A DNA stretch of 46,813 bases from Kiloniellaceae bacterium (GCA_021776215.1 JAJFGI010000361.1:1-46813), one strand, 5' to 3'; positions 8,585 through 18,002 are shown, numbered from the stretch's first letter. Program-made: numbers and translations. The notes: a model not told the origin generated them from the letters alone.

Positions 8585-9013
8585 GTGGCAAACGGAGTTA
8601 CGCGAACAGAACTGATGGGTCGGACCAAGGAGGAGTTGGCCGACGCGGTCGTGCGCGCGGTCGACAAGGCCAAGGTGATGAAAGACAAGGCGGCCGAGGC
8701 CACCGAGGAGGTGCTCGAGTTTCTTTTCGCGGGCCTTGGCGGCGGACTCGGCGGCTACTGGATCGGCTCGATCCAAAAAGAAGTCGACGCGGGGACCGAG
8801 GGCTACGACGAAGAGAGCCTCAAATTCTTCGGCGTCGACAAGGATCTCGGCACCGGTCTGGCGATGGCGTTGGCCTCGCAGGCCAAACAGCTGCGGAAGT
8901 TCAAAGCGCCAATGCGTGCCGGTGGCATGGGCATGTTGGCGTTTTGGAGCGGTCGCAAGGCCTACAACATGGCCCTGACCGCGGTCGACGAAGACGAAGA
9001 AGAAGACGCGTAG
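8585..9013 (+). CDS. Small membrane protein, first gene of virion operon
   Basis: AAGGAG RBS; Gly-rich hydrophobic segments (FLFAGLGGGLGGYWIG; LGTGLAMALA; AGGMGMLAFW); acidic tail. Confidence 0.75.
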   Translation: MANGVTRTELMGRTKEELADAVVRAVDKAKVMKDKAAEATEEVLEFLFAGLGGGLGGYWIGSIQKEVDAGTEGYDEESLKFFGVDKDLGTGLAMALASQAKQLRKFKAPMRAGGMGMLAFWSGRKAYNMALTAVDEDEEEDA

Positions 9014-9079
9014 CCGTCACGGGACGGTCCCGATAGGTCCGGCCCGTCATCGGCAGAGGAGAGTTTTTCGTGGCTTGAG

Positions 9080-9156
9080 TTCGGTCCCCCGAGAGGGGAG
9101 GCCGGAGTAGGTGCCGTGCGCCCAAAGGGGCGGCGCCGAACCTTCTTCGGAAGGAG
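9080..9156 (+). promoter_or_regulatory. Structured 5' leader of candidate capsid gene
   Basis: Three tandem hairpins: CCCC-GAGA-GGGG, GGTGCCG..CGGCGCC, and CCTTC-TTCG-GAAGG, the last overlapping the AAGGAG RBS. Confidence 0.5.
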
Positions 9157-9168
9157 CGAGTAGCAATC

Positions 9169-10029
9169 ATGGACATCAACAACACAGTCCGCCGCTACAA
9201 AGCGAACCGGGACGAGGCCATGCGCCGAGCCCTGGAGCGCGGGGAACTTCCTGATTTCCAGATTGGAATGAAGGGAGCCTCCGCAACTGCGCAACGGCGT
9301 GGAGCCATGCCCACGCGCAGGTCGACGGTCAACTGGAAGGCTCAGATGAGCCAAGGTCCAGTCGGGCGCCGACAACGTGGTGTCGTAGGACAGAGCAGTG
9401 CGATCTACAAACGCCCCCGACTTGGGACGGGGCGTCTCGTTGCAACTACCGGTAGTAGCAACGGGGGTAGCTCGACCTTGCCTCCGTGGGACCCCGGGTA
9501 TCCGCAGGGATACCCGGTGCATCCCGAATGCCCGGAGTACGAGTTGCCTTGTCCGATCGACACTGGTGGGTCCATGCCAACCGGCATGGGCTGTGAGGAT
9601 GTGCCTCCGTGCGGGACGAATGTCATCGGCGGCACAACGCTTGGGACCGTAGGGATCGCTCCTGGCCAAACTGGTCAGGTCGTGATCACTGCGGGCGACG
9701 CGGGGTATTTCCAACCTCGTGCGCTCTACTGGGAAGCACTGCCGTTTGGCAGTGAGAACCTGGTGGATTGCAACGCCCTGCCTTCAGGGTGCTGCGTACT
9801 CCCGAGCCTCCTCATCGACGCAGCGATCGGGCGGGTCTCGATGTTGCGCCGCGGCGGTTCGCCGGACCGGGCACTGACCCAGGGCGGATTCGCCAACACC
9901 AAGGAGCTGGTTGCTCTGGATTGGGGAGAGTTTCTCTCCGTGAACGAGCAGTTCTTGACGTTGTTTTTCTTCAACCCGTGTCAGGACCAGCCGATCCACG
10001 TTTTCGTGGATCTGTGGGGCAACATCTAG
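9169..10029 (+). CDS. Candidate major capsid protein (single jelly-roll-like C-terminal domain, basic N-terminal arm)
   Basis: Arg-rich N-terminus; ~140 aa C-terminal domain with alternating beta-strand pattern (IAPGQTGQVVIT..FQPRALYW..LLIDAAIG..FLTLFFFN..IHVFVDLWG); strong RBS and its own terminator. Fold is inference. Confidence 0.5.
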   Translation: MDINNTVRRYKANRDEAMRRALERGELPDFQIGMKGASATAQRRGAMPTRRSTVNWKAQMSQGPVGRRQRGVVGQSSAIYKRPRLGTGRLVATTGSSNGGSSTLPPWDPGYPQGYPVHPECPEYELPCPIDTGGSMPTGMGCEDVPPCGTNVIGGTTLGTVGIAPGQTGQVVITAGDAGYFQPRALYWEALPFGSENLVDCNALPSGCCVLPSLLIDAAIGRVSMLRRGGSPDRALTQGGFANTKELVALDWGEFLSVNEQFLTLFFFNPCQDQPIHVFVDLWGNI

Positions 10030-10035
10030 CCCTTT

Positions 10036-10064
10036 GCGCCGGGGACGGTCCCCGGCGCTCTTTT
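10036..10064 (+). terminator. Rho-independent terminator
   Basis: Perfect stem GCGCCGGGGA-CGG-TCCCCGGCGC followed by TCTTTT. Confidence 0.8.
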
Positions 10065-10076
10065 CGAGAAACGACG

Positions 10077-11078
10077 ATGCGTAGATCCAACGATAGCGGC
10101 CCCGCCCGCGCGACGTCGGCGTCGATTCGTCCGTGGCGGTTGCTGCAGGAGCCCGTGCGCAGTGTGCTGCGGGAGCAGTCGGCGCACGCGCGGCTGTCGG
10201 ATGGTCGCGGTCGGTTGCGTGAGCGTCCTCGGCAGTTTGGTGAGGTGCAGCTGTTCACACGGTGGACGGCGGCGCCCTCGTCTGCGCAGGCGCTGATCGA
10301 TACTGCGGGTGTCGTCACCTCGGCCGTCAAGCTCGTGTCGGGGGCGGATTGCGCGGAGAGCTGCTGGTGGGTCGTGGATGTCTGCGGACGCGAAGTCGTG
10401 CGCGTGTCGGAGAGCGACGTGCTGACGCCACTGGACAAGGCCGCCGTTGAGGCACGCGGGCTGCAGTCAAGCCGGCTGCGTGCGCGCGTGACCTGGATGA
10501 AGAGCGGCCTCGGGTGTTCGGTCGATCTCGATGTCGGGACCGGCTTCCGGATCGCGATCGAAGGCGCCAACGTCTCGGTGCAGATCCTCGGGCCGACGGG
10601 GCAGATGTTTGATCCGCCGGCGGCTGTCAGTTTACCGCCCGCGTCCGCAGTCGGGGTCCACACTGCGTCGCCGATCCCAGCACCGACGATGCCTGAGCTG
10701 GAGGACGGGATCATCCTCGACTCTGTCATCACCGCGCAGGTGCTCCAGTGCGTAAGCACGAACGCAGATCGGACGTCGAGGCTGACGCAGACGTTCGAGC
10801 GACCGGCCAGTGACGCGGAGTTCCCGGTCGCGATCCCGGCCCGCGCATCTCTGCTTCAAGTCTCGATGCCGGCCCCCGGACTGCTGACGCCGCTGCAGTT
10901 CCGCATCGGGTCAGCGCCGACGTCTCCCATTGTTCGCACCGCGTTCTTCGATGTCTTCACCCTCGTGCGATCGACTGCACTGATCCCCATCCCGAAAAAC
11001 GCGTCGCACGTGACGCTCGGGGCAGCAGACCCGCTGAGCGCACGACGTTGGACGTTGAGTTGGGAGCTCGAGCTATGA
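10077..11078 (+). CDS. Beta-rich putative structural protein (second capsid/penton candidate)
   Basis: Two beta-strand-rich halves separated by a Pro-rich linker; ends in RRWTLSWELEL; ATGA overlap with next gene. Confidence 0.6.
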   Translation: MRRSNDSGPARATSASIRPWRLLQEPVRSVLREQSAHARLSDGRGRLRERPRQFGEVQLFTRWTAAPSSAQALIDTAGVVTSAVKLVSGADCAESCWWVVDVCGREVVRVSESDVLTPLDKAAVEARGLQSSRLRARVTWMKSGLGCSVDLDVGTGFRIAIEGANVSVQILGPTGQMFDPPAAVSLPPASAVGVHTASPIPAPTMPELEDGIILDSVITAQVLQCVSTNADRTSRLTQTFERPASDAEFPVAIPARASLLQVSMPAPGLLTPLQFRIGSAPTSPIVRTAFFDVFTLVRSTALIPIPKNASHVTLGAADPLSARRWTLSWELEL

Positions 11079-11617
11079 CGGTCGGGGAGGGGGATCGGGC
11101 GCTTTTGCGGGACCTGCGGTTTCACTTCCGCTGTGGGGACGACGCAGAGTTCCGGCAGCAAGTTGCCGAGTTCGCCGAGGCGCTGACGCGGGTCAATACG
11201 CTGGAGCTGCTCAAGTACGGCGAGGGGCTGGCGTGCTGTCTGTCGTGCGGGGGCGTGCGCTACATCCCCCCGCCGAGCTGCGGGACTGACCGGCCCTGCC
11301 AAGAGGTCTACGACGTGCTCAACCTGTACGCGCGCAAGCGAGGTACGTGCTTCGATCTGGCCGCTGAGCGGGCCGCGAGGCACCGCGTCGAAGCGATCGA
11401 AGCGGGGGCCGAGTTCCCCGCCGAGGCAGCGGCGTGGGTGGTCGTCGAAGACCAAGTCCAGCAGTCGCCCTACGGCGACGAGTTCAACGAGGTTGTTCCG
11501 GGCCGGTACCACGCCTTCGTCGAGCGAGCGGACGGCGCTGTCGAGGATCCCTCCGAGGAACTGCAAGGCAAGGTCGGCGCGGACGCATGCCAGTGCGGAG
11601 GGCACGATGGCGCTTGA
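11075..11617 (+). CDS. Transglutaminase-like cysteine protease
   Basis: Cys-His-Asp order in motifs GTCFDLAA / YHAFV / EDPS, preceded by GGVRY. Confidence 0.65.
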   Translation: MTVGEGDRALLRDLRFHFRCGDDAEFRQQVAEFAEALTRVNTLELLKYGEGLACCLSCGGVRYIPPPSCGTDRPCQEVYDVLNLYARKRGTCFDLAAERAARHRVEAIEAGAEFPAEAAAWVVVEDQVQQSPYGDEFNEVVPGRYHAFVERADGAVEDPSEELQGKVGADACQCGGHDGA

Positions 11618-12752
11618 TCCCATCGTGCCGGCCGCGGTCGTCGGGACCGCGCTTCTGTTCGCGGCGAGCCGCAAGAAGAAAAGGAAGAAGCGGAAGGGCG
11701 CTTGTCAGCCGGACTACGTCTGCGACGACGGGCTCGAGTTTGACCCTGCGCAAGGCGAGTGTGGAGAGTGTGTTCCGGCGGGTGCGATCGTCGACCCACC
11801 GCCAGGGGGCTGCGGACTGTACCCGTGGCTTCCCGATCAGGTCGATGCGGAGATCGAGGTGCACATCGACGCGGGGACGACGGACCAAGAGGAGTTGACG
11901 CTGCTTGTCGCCCGGTCCGTGTACCCACTGACGCCCGAAGGCGTCCCGCAGTCCTGGCCGGCCGCCGCCGGGGACGCCCGCGCCGAGTGCCTCTGGGATC
12001 GGATCCTGATCCGCGTGAACCTCATCCTCGCCCAAAAAGCCGACGACGATGCGGACGACGACGATGACGACGGCTGGGATCCGTATCCCCCGCCGGGCCC
12101 GGTCGACATCTGGGATTGGGAGCAAGCTGACAACTACCCCGAGCCCGGCAAGTTCCACCAGATCCACTACAAGGGCGAGAACAACTCGGCGACGACGCTC
12201 AAGCACATCGCTCAGAAGGCGATCGCGCAGCGCGTCATGCAGCTCTCCGACGATCTGTCGCTGGCCAAGTCGATTTCGGATGACGCCACGGTCTGGCGTG
12301 CCTACCGGGACTTGATCGACTGCTCGCCGTGGAATGACGCCGCGTTCGGGGTCAAGCACAAGCCCGGTTCGTACAAGTACGACACGCCGCACGGACGTCA
12401 GATAGGGATGAACCCGGTGCACGATGACGTGCGCAAGAAGCTGACGCAGGGGTTGCCGCCGCGCCGGACGGTGCAAACACCGGGCTCGCACAACGGCGGC
12501 GGCCACTTCGCGTACCTGTGGCTGCCGCCGCTCGACGACGAAGCGCTGCTCGAAAGAATCGTGCGGGTCGACCCGGAGTACTGGCGAACCGGCGACTCCA
12601 AGATCATGCCGCCGCCCGAGGTCTTGACGCTTGGGCTGGAAAACGTGCCCAAAGCGCAGACGTGGGGTTGTTTGGGATTCGAGACCACCTTCGAGCCCGA
12701 GGATCCGCCTCCCGCTCCTCCGCTTGAACTCGCGCCGATGGAGTTCGGCTGA
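11607..12752 (+). CDS. N-terminally anchored membrane protein, possible degenerate LysM-like region
   Basis: MALDPIVPAAVVGTALLFAA + RKKKRKKRK; HQIHYKG..TTLKHIAQKA...YLWLPP resembles a split LysM. Confidence 0.7.
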   Translation: MALDPIVPAAVVGTALLFAASRKKKRKKRKGACQPDYVCDDGLEFDPAQGECGECVPAGAIVDPPPGGCGLYPWLPDQVDAEIEVHIDAGTTDQEELTLLVARSVYPLTPEGVPQSWPAAAGDARAECLWDRILIRVNLILAQKADDDADDDDDDGWDPYPPPGPVDIWDWEQADNYPEPGKFHQIHYKGENNSATTLKHIAQKAIAQRVMQLSDDLSLAKSISDDATVWRAYRDLIDCSPWNDAAFGVKHKPGSYKYDTPHGRQIGMNPVHDDVRKKLTQGLPPRRTVQTPGSHNGGGHFAYLWLPPLDDEALLERIVRVDPEYWRTGDSKIMPPPEVLTLGLENVPKAQTWGCLGFETTFEPEDPPPAPPLELAPMEFG

Positions 12753-13543
12753 TGGCGCTCATCTTTCCTTTGGCGACCGGCGCTCCCGTTTCGCACCACA
12801 TCGACAAGGAGGCCTACCGCTACACCGTCGACGCCGCGGGGCTGTTCAAGGCGCTGCGCGATGGCTACGAGCGGATGGACGGGTACCCCGGGCTGCAGGT
12901 CGAGTACATGTCGATCGTCGTCGGTGGGCTTATCCGCATGGTTAACCTGATCGGCAGCATGCGCTCGGCTGTGCGTCTCGGGCAGCGCGGCCTTGCCCAG
13001 TTTGATGCCGACCTGGCGGGGTTTCAGGCCCGGACCCGCGTCTACGCGAGCCAGTTCGAGCGGGACGGGCAGGGGGAGCCGCTTGCGTTCGCTACCGGCG
13101 AGATGACAGCGGACGATTGGGACGACTACCGCAACACGCTCGAGGGGCCGGTCTTGTACTGGAATCGAAAGGAGTGGCTGGAGTCGGGATGGTGGTCCAA
13201 CCCGATCGACGGGCCTCCAGGCTTTCGCCCCGATGGGCTTGAGCAGTGGATGCTGTGGAATCAGGTGTCGGCGATTCGGACGACGCAGCAGCAACTCGTC
13301 CAGTCGTTCTGGGGCTACGTACACTTCCGAGCCAGCGAGTTTGCCGAGGCGACCAGCGGGGCCGCCCGCGAGCTGTGGAGGGGCGTTGCGGACACCGCTG
13401 AGGAGGCGGCGTCCAGCGCCTGGGAGGCAATCCGAGACAACCTCGTGCCGTCGTCGACGGCGGGCAAGCTTGGCGCAGCCGTCGTGATCGGCGGGCTGGT
13501 CGCCGGTGGCGCGTACCTCTGGTTCTCGCCGAGGAGGGCATGA
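12752..13543 (+). CDS. Hypothetical protein with C-terminal TM anchor
   Basis: TGATG overlap; ends LGAAVVIGGLVAGGAYLWFSPRRA. Confidence 0.75.
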   Translation: MALIFPLATGAPVSHHIDKEAYRYTVDAAGLFKALRDGYERMDGYPGLQVEYMSIVVGGLIRMVNLIGSMRSAVRLGQRGLAQFDADLAGFQARTRVYASQFERDGQGEPLAFATGEMTADDWDDYRNTLEGPVLYWNRKEWLESGWWSNPIDGPPGFRPDGLEQWMLWNQVSAIRTTQQQLVQSFWGYVHFRASEFAEATSGAARELWRGVADTAEEAASSAWEAIRDNLVPSSTAGKLGAAVVIGGLVAGGAYLWFSPRRA

Positions 13544-13544
13544 A

Positions 13545-14198
13545 ATGTCCCTGAGCCTCGGAACACTTGCCGTGCTCGGGCTGGGCGCCATCGTCGTCGG
13601 GCGAGAGGCCACTCGGTCTTCGCACCGGTCCAAGCGTCGGCCGCTCGTGCCGGACGGGCCCGGTGGAAACTACAGGCTTGCGGTCGTCGAGAGCGGCCAG
13701 GTCTTAGGCGCCAGCTGCGGATCGTGTGCCTTCTTCGAGCTCGGAGAAGCCGAACTCCCGGCGGACCTGGACGGTCGCTGCGCGTACTGGAAGACCGCCG
13801 CTGGATCGATCTTTGTCTGCGACGAGTACACCTCGCTCGACCAAGACGAGAGCGCAGAGATCCTCTGGGATGACCCGAGCGCTTGCTGGGGATGGTTCCT
13901 GCCCGAGGGCTGGAAGGTGCGGGTCGCCAGGCCGGTGTTCCGCGAAGCAATTGAGGCCGCGGGCGCGGAGCAGTTGGATCCCGTGGCGATGACGCATGCC
14001 GTCCTCGACGACTCCATCGCGGACCACTGTCCGATCCCCCACGGCGACTTCACGCGCTACCAGCTCGACGTGCCCGACGCACCGGACTTCTTCCCGAACG
14101 AGGCCGTGCTCGGTCTCTACTTTCACGTGCTCGATGAGGTCGAGCGCACCCTGTCGCAGATCGTGCAGACCGGAGAAGGGTTGCTGTTCTCGATATGA
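13545..14198 (+). CDS. TM-anchored protein with four-Cys metal-binding-like motif
   Basis: N-terminal TM + basic stretch; CGSCAFF...GRCAYW...FVCDEY; GAGGAGG RBS. Confidence 0.75.
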   Translation: MSLSLGTLAVLGLGAIVVGREATRSSHRSKRRPLVPDGPGGNYRLAVVESGQVLGASCGSCAFFELGEAELPADLDGRCAYWKTAAGSIFVCDEYTSLDQDESAEILWDDPSACWGWFLPEGWKVRVARPVFREAIEAAGAEQLDPVAMTHAVLDDSIADHCPIPHGDFTRYQLDVPDAPDFFPNEAVLGLYFHVLDEVERTLSQIVQTGEGLLFSI

Positions 14199-14210
14199 GG
14201 AGGAACGAAC

Positions 14211-14996
14211 ATGGCGCTTGATCCCATCGTCCCGGCTGCCGTCGTTGGCACCGTCCTGCTGTTTGCGGCGACCAAGAAGAAAAAGAAGAAGGCCAAGGGC
14301 GGGGGTGCCGGCGGCGGCAACGGTGGGCGTACGCCTGGAAGCGGTGGGCCTGGCGACAACGGAAACGGGGGCGGAGGCAGGCTGCCCGGTGGTGGCAAAC
14401 CGCCCAAGGGCAGCGACGACGTGGACCCGTGGGAGCAGTGCCCCGAAGGATGGTTCGAGGAAAACGGCGAGATCGTCTGCCAAGATCTGACCATCGAGGA
14501 CGACGACGTTGAGGTCGATCCGCAGGACGTCTTCATTTCCGACGACTGCCAAGAGCTCATCGAGGGCGACGACTGGTTCGAGGAGGTTTTCGTTCCGACC
14601 GGCGTCGAGTGGATCGACTACGACTTCGAGAACTTCGGCGCCGTCGTGTACCTGATGCGGCAGCTCCTGACGCTTCCGGATCCTGATACCGAAGAGCCGT
14701 GGGTGGAGCCCGAGTGCATCGCGAGCTGGCCGCCGTTCGTGGCACTCGTGGACGACTACCCGGGAGGTCCGATGGACACCGAGACCGAGGCTGGCTACCA
14801 GGCCTGGCTGGACGCTTGGGAGGCGCACGAGGTCGCGTATCCGGTGGTCAACGCCTGGCTTGCGGATGTCGAGAGCCGCGCCTTGGCGCACTCGGTCTTG
14901 GGTACCTACCTCAAGGGCTGGATCGATACGTACGCGGGTACCGATTGGTCGTTCGACCCGGGCTGTGGCGAAGAGTTGGGGATCCCGTGCGCGTAG
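14211..14996 (+). CDS. TM-anchored acidic protein, N-terminus paralogous to 11607 gene
   Basis: MALDPIVPAAVVGTVLLFAATKKKKKK, Gly-rich linker, very acidic domain; GAGGAGG RBS. Confidence 0.8.
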   Translation: MALDPIVPAAVVGTVLLFAATKKKKKKAKGGGAGGGNGGRTPGSGGPGDNGNGGGGRLPGGGKPPKGSDDVDPWEQCPEGWFEENGEIVCQDLTIEDDDVEVDPQDVFISDDCQELIEGDDWFEEVFVPTGVEWIDYDFENFGAVVYLMRQLLTLPDPDTEEPWVEPECIASWPPFVALVDDYPGGPMDTETEAGYQAWLDAWEAHEVAYPVVNAWLADVESRALAHSVLGTYLKGWIDTYAGTDWSFDPGCGEELGIPCA

Positions 14997-15008
14997 GAGG
15001 GAGATGAG

Positions 15009-15380
15009 ATGAAGATCATCGGATTTGAGCGGATCGATCGAGGCCTCGTTGTACATACGCCGGCAGGGACGAGGACACCGTGGGTGGCAACGGGTCCGGA
15101 TGCTTCGGCGGAGCTTGGGAAGTTGGTGCTCTCCGTGGTCGAGGACGAGGCGCAGCCGGAGGCGGCACCGGAGACGCCGGGGCGTCGCTCGAAGCGAGGA
15201 ACGATGGGAGGACGACGACGAAGCGAGCGTTCGCGCAACGTCGATTTTGCGTCCGACATCGATGTCCCCGAGCGACGCCCCGGCGAGACGCACGAGGAGT
15301 ACGTCAATCGCGTCGCGACGAAGCTAGGTCTTGGTGCGGCGAAGAAGGCGTGGAACCTGTTGCAGAGGTTGAGCCGGTGA
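15009..15380 (+). CDS. Hypothetical protein
   Basis: GGAGGGAG RBS; abuts neighbours. Confidence 0.7.
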   Translation: MKIIGFERIDRGLVVHTPAGTRTPWVATGPDASAELGKLVLSVVEDEAQPEAAPETPGRRSKRGTMGGRRRSERSRNVDFASDIDVPERRPGETHEEYVNRVATKLGLGAAKKAWNLLQRLSR

Positions 15381-16115
15381 ATGGGGCGGGACAGCACGGG
15401 CCTGCTCGTCGGTATCGCGTTGGGCGGCGCCGTGCTTCTGCTCGCGAGACCGCGAAGTCGAGAGCGTCGACCGCGGGTGGATCCGCCTTCGGGAGGTGCG
15501 CCCTCGGGCGGTTGGGCCGATGGGTCCGCGCCTGCCCGGATTCGAGACCTCGCCGGCTCTATCGAGCACGTGTCGGGCTGGCCCGGGCTGGGGGACTTTC
15601 TCGTTGCGAAGGCTTGGACGGAGTCGAGGGGCAATCCCCGCGCAGGGAGTGGTGCCTCAAACAACGAGGCCCGCGGTTGGTTCGGCATGCGGCCAAAGTC
15701 TGGGCTGGCGCATTCGCTGAGTCACTACTCGGCGTCGCACCCGAATCTGCTCAAGGACGAGCGCTGGGCCGTGGCGCTCGCCGCCTGGTACGCGTACCGG
15801 CTGCGGCCCTACGCGGCAGCAGGGCAGGGCATCGACTGGCTGGCGATCGCGCGCGGGTGGGCCTATCCGAGTCTCGTCGACGATATCGAGGCGCAGCAGC
15901 AGCGAAGCAAGGACGTGGCGCGAAGGTTTGGGCAAGCCGTTCGCAAGGCTGGTCTCGATCCCGATCATTTCCCGCACCGCCCAGCGTTCCCGGGCGGGTT
16001 CTCGTGGCCGGGGCTGGCGAGTGTTCTCAAGGCGGTCGGCGCCCGGCACCCCGACGAAGTTCACATCGGCGGCGTAGGGAGGGGCGGTAGATGCCGAGCG
16101 TCGTGCATCGGGTAG
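15381..16115 (+). CDS. TM-anchored lytic transglycosylase-like protein
   Basis: AKAWTESRGNPRA (catalytic ES motif) and ARGWFGM (GLMQ-equivalent); N-terminal TM + Arg stretch. Confidence 0.65.
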   Translation: MGRDSTGLLVGIALGGAVLLLARPRSRERRPRVDPPSGGAPSGGWADGSAPARIRDLAGSIEHVSGWPGLGDFLVAKAWTESRGNPRAGSGASNNEARGWFGMRPKSGLAHSLSHYSASHPNLLKDERWAVALAAWYAYRLRPYAAAGQGIDWLAIARGWAYPSLVDDIEAQQQRSKDVARRFGQAVRKAGLDPDHFPHRPAFPGGFSWPGLASVLKAVGARHPDEVHIGGVGRGGRCRASCIG

Positions 16116-16576
16116 ACAAGGGCGGCCGGTTCGACGGTGCTGCGGGCAGCGGATTCGTTCCGTTCGCGGGCCCCGTCGGCGATGACGCCTTCGGGCCGTT
16201 GATCCTGCTTGCTTCGTTGAAAACCGTCGACGGCGCGCGCGTTGGCTCCGGAGAACTTCTCCTCGCGCCGGTCGGATTGGGGTCGGAGTACGGGATTCCG
16301 GTGGCGCAATGGGATCGCCCGCAGCGCGGTTTTCTGGTCGCCAACCTTCCCGTGCCTTCGCTCGCCGGTATGGGCGGTGGCTTGCGAGGCCTCGGTCTGA
16401 TGCTGCGCACAGCCGTGCTCGAGGCCGCGGCGACCTTTACGTGCTGGTGGACGCTGGCGCCAACGCTGGCATCGGCGCGGCGCGGCCCCACCACCATTGT
16501 GCTCTTCCCCAACACGGATCCGTTGGAGGGCGGCTCCGCTGACGTCGTGTCGCTGGCCGCGGCGGCGACGGTCTGA
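16091..16576 (+). CDS. Hypothetical beta-rich protein
   Basis: In-operon ORF with hydrophobic beta pattern. Confidence 0.6.
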   Translation: MPSVVHRVDKGGRFDGAAGSGFVPFAGPVGDDAFGPLILLASLKTVDGARVGSGELLLAPVGLGSEYGIPVAQWDRPQRGFLVANLPVPSLAGMGGGLRGLGLMLRTAVLEAAATFTCWWTLAPTLASARRGPTTIVLFPNTDPLEGGSADVVSLAAAATV

Positions 16577-16590
16577 ACAGAGGTAGCGAA

Positions 16591-17418
16591 ATGGCAACGA
16601 ATCTCCGCATCGTCGTTCTTGACCCCGGTCCGCTGGATGGCGTCACGCCGCTCCCGGCCAACGCTCGGGCGCGGGTCTCCGCGCACCCGCAGCTGGGCAT
16701 ACCCACGTTGACACTCAATGCGGGCGAACGCCTCGGAGTGTTCGACCCTGGCGAGCTGATCTTCGGGCGCTCTGGCAGCTACGTGCTTCGGCACATCGCG
16801 GTCGTGAGCTCCAACGGCACCCCGCACGCGGACCGGACGTATCTTGGGATCCGCAGTCCGTCGCGGCCCGGTGGCGGTGCGACGACCAGGGCGCTGCGGC
16901 TACTCGGGGTGGGGGAGGAGCCAGAGTTCCAAGGGTCCGGCGTCATTCCCGAGGGATCCGCCGTGCCGATCCCGGTCGGGCACTTCGTCGTGGTCGACAC
17001 GACTGCCGACGGAGGCGCCCCCGGTCCGCACATCGTGCAGCTGTCGTTCGATGCCGCCGAGGCTCCGCCGTTTGAGATCAGCGGCTCCGGCCAGACGCGG
17101 AATGTTTGTAGCCCGCCGGGGCTACGGACGATCGTGCCGGACACGATCGTGTTCGGTTCACTCCCAGATCCGCGGCCGCTCACCGTCATCGGTAGCGGTT
17201 TTCTCGGCAGCGATGTTGCGTCGGCCTATCGAATCGTCAATGGGCAGCGGGCCTTTCTGCCGGGCGTGAGTCTGGCCTTCAACACGCCGACGCAGGTCAC
17301 CGTGTCCATCCCGACCGCCGTGGACGCGGGCACCTTCACGCTTCGTGTCGCGCGTGGCGCCCAGGGGAGCTGCTTCAACGAACTCGTCGACGCATTCTCG
17401 ATCACGAGGGCGCCCTAG
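16591..17418 (+). CDS. Putative vertex/spike protein with C-terminal IPT/TIG-like Ig domain
   Basis: LTVIGSGF...TPTQVTVSIP..DAGTFTLRV is an IPT/TIG pattern; N-terminal domain paralogous to 17431 gene. Confidence 0.65.
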   Translation: MATNLRIVVLDPGPLDGVTPLPANARARVSAHPQLGIPTLTLNAGERLGVFDPGELIFGRSGSYVLRHIAVVSSNGTPHADRTYLGIRSPSRPGGGATTRALRLLGVGEEPEFQGSGVIPEGSAVPIPVGHFVVVDTTADGGAPGPHIVQLSFDAAEAPPFEISGSGQTRNVCSPPGLRTIVPDTIVFGSLPDPRPLTVIGSGFLGSDVASAYRIVNGQRAFLPGVSLAFNTPTQVTVSIPTAVDAGTFTLRVARGAQGSCFNELVDAFSITRAP

Positions 17419-17430
17419 GGGATCGAAACG

Positions 17431-18000
17431 ATGGCCATTCACATCCGCATCAATGTCCCCAATCCTCAAGGCCTCGACTCGGCGTCGAGGATCCCCGACA
17501 ACGTTCGGGCGGTCGAGAACGCCGAGGGAATCCGCGTGGTCAACCTTGGGCCCGCCGATCGCTTCGGGCTCTTCGATCCCGGGCGCTTCGTTGCGGGGCA
17601 GAGCGGCAGCTTCATCATCAAGCACCTCACCATCGTGCAGGACCCCAGCGTCCCACTGGGTGCGGGTGATCTGTTCGGCATTGTCGGGCCAGGCTTTGGC
17701 ACGGCGGTCACGCCGGCCCGCCGAGTCCTGCTGGACTTCGGCGCCTTTCCGGTCGACGCCGGAGAGACGACCGGCATCGTGTCCGAGGGCCTGTGCACGC
17801 CCGTGCCGGTCGATCACCATCTGTTCTTTCGGTCGGCCGGCGACAACGGGCCGTTTCTCGTGCAGCTGTCGATCGAGCCGGTCCGCAAGCTGCTCCAGAC
17901 CTGCGCGGAGCCACGGGTCGACGGCGGCGGCGACAATCCGACGTTCCCCGATCCTTCTGCTCCGCCCGCGCCTTCGGACGACAATGGAGACGACACCTAG
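17431..18000 (+). CDS. Paralog of the N-terminal domain of 16591 protein
   Basis: RFGLFDPG..GSFIIKH vs RLGVFDPG..GSYVLRH; PVPVDH..GPFLVQLS vs PIPVGH..GPHIVQLS. Confidence 0.75.
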   Translation: MAIHIRINVPNPQGLDSASRIPDNVRAVENAEGIRVVNLGPADRFGLFDPGRFVAGQSGSFIIKHLTIVQDPSVPLGAGDLFGIVGPGFGTAVTPARRVLLDFGAFPVDAGETTGIVSEGLCTPVPVDHHLFFRSAGDNGPFLVQLSIEPVRKLLQTCAEPRVDGGGDNPTFPDPSAPPAPSDDNGDDT

Positions 18001-18002
18001 CA

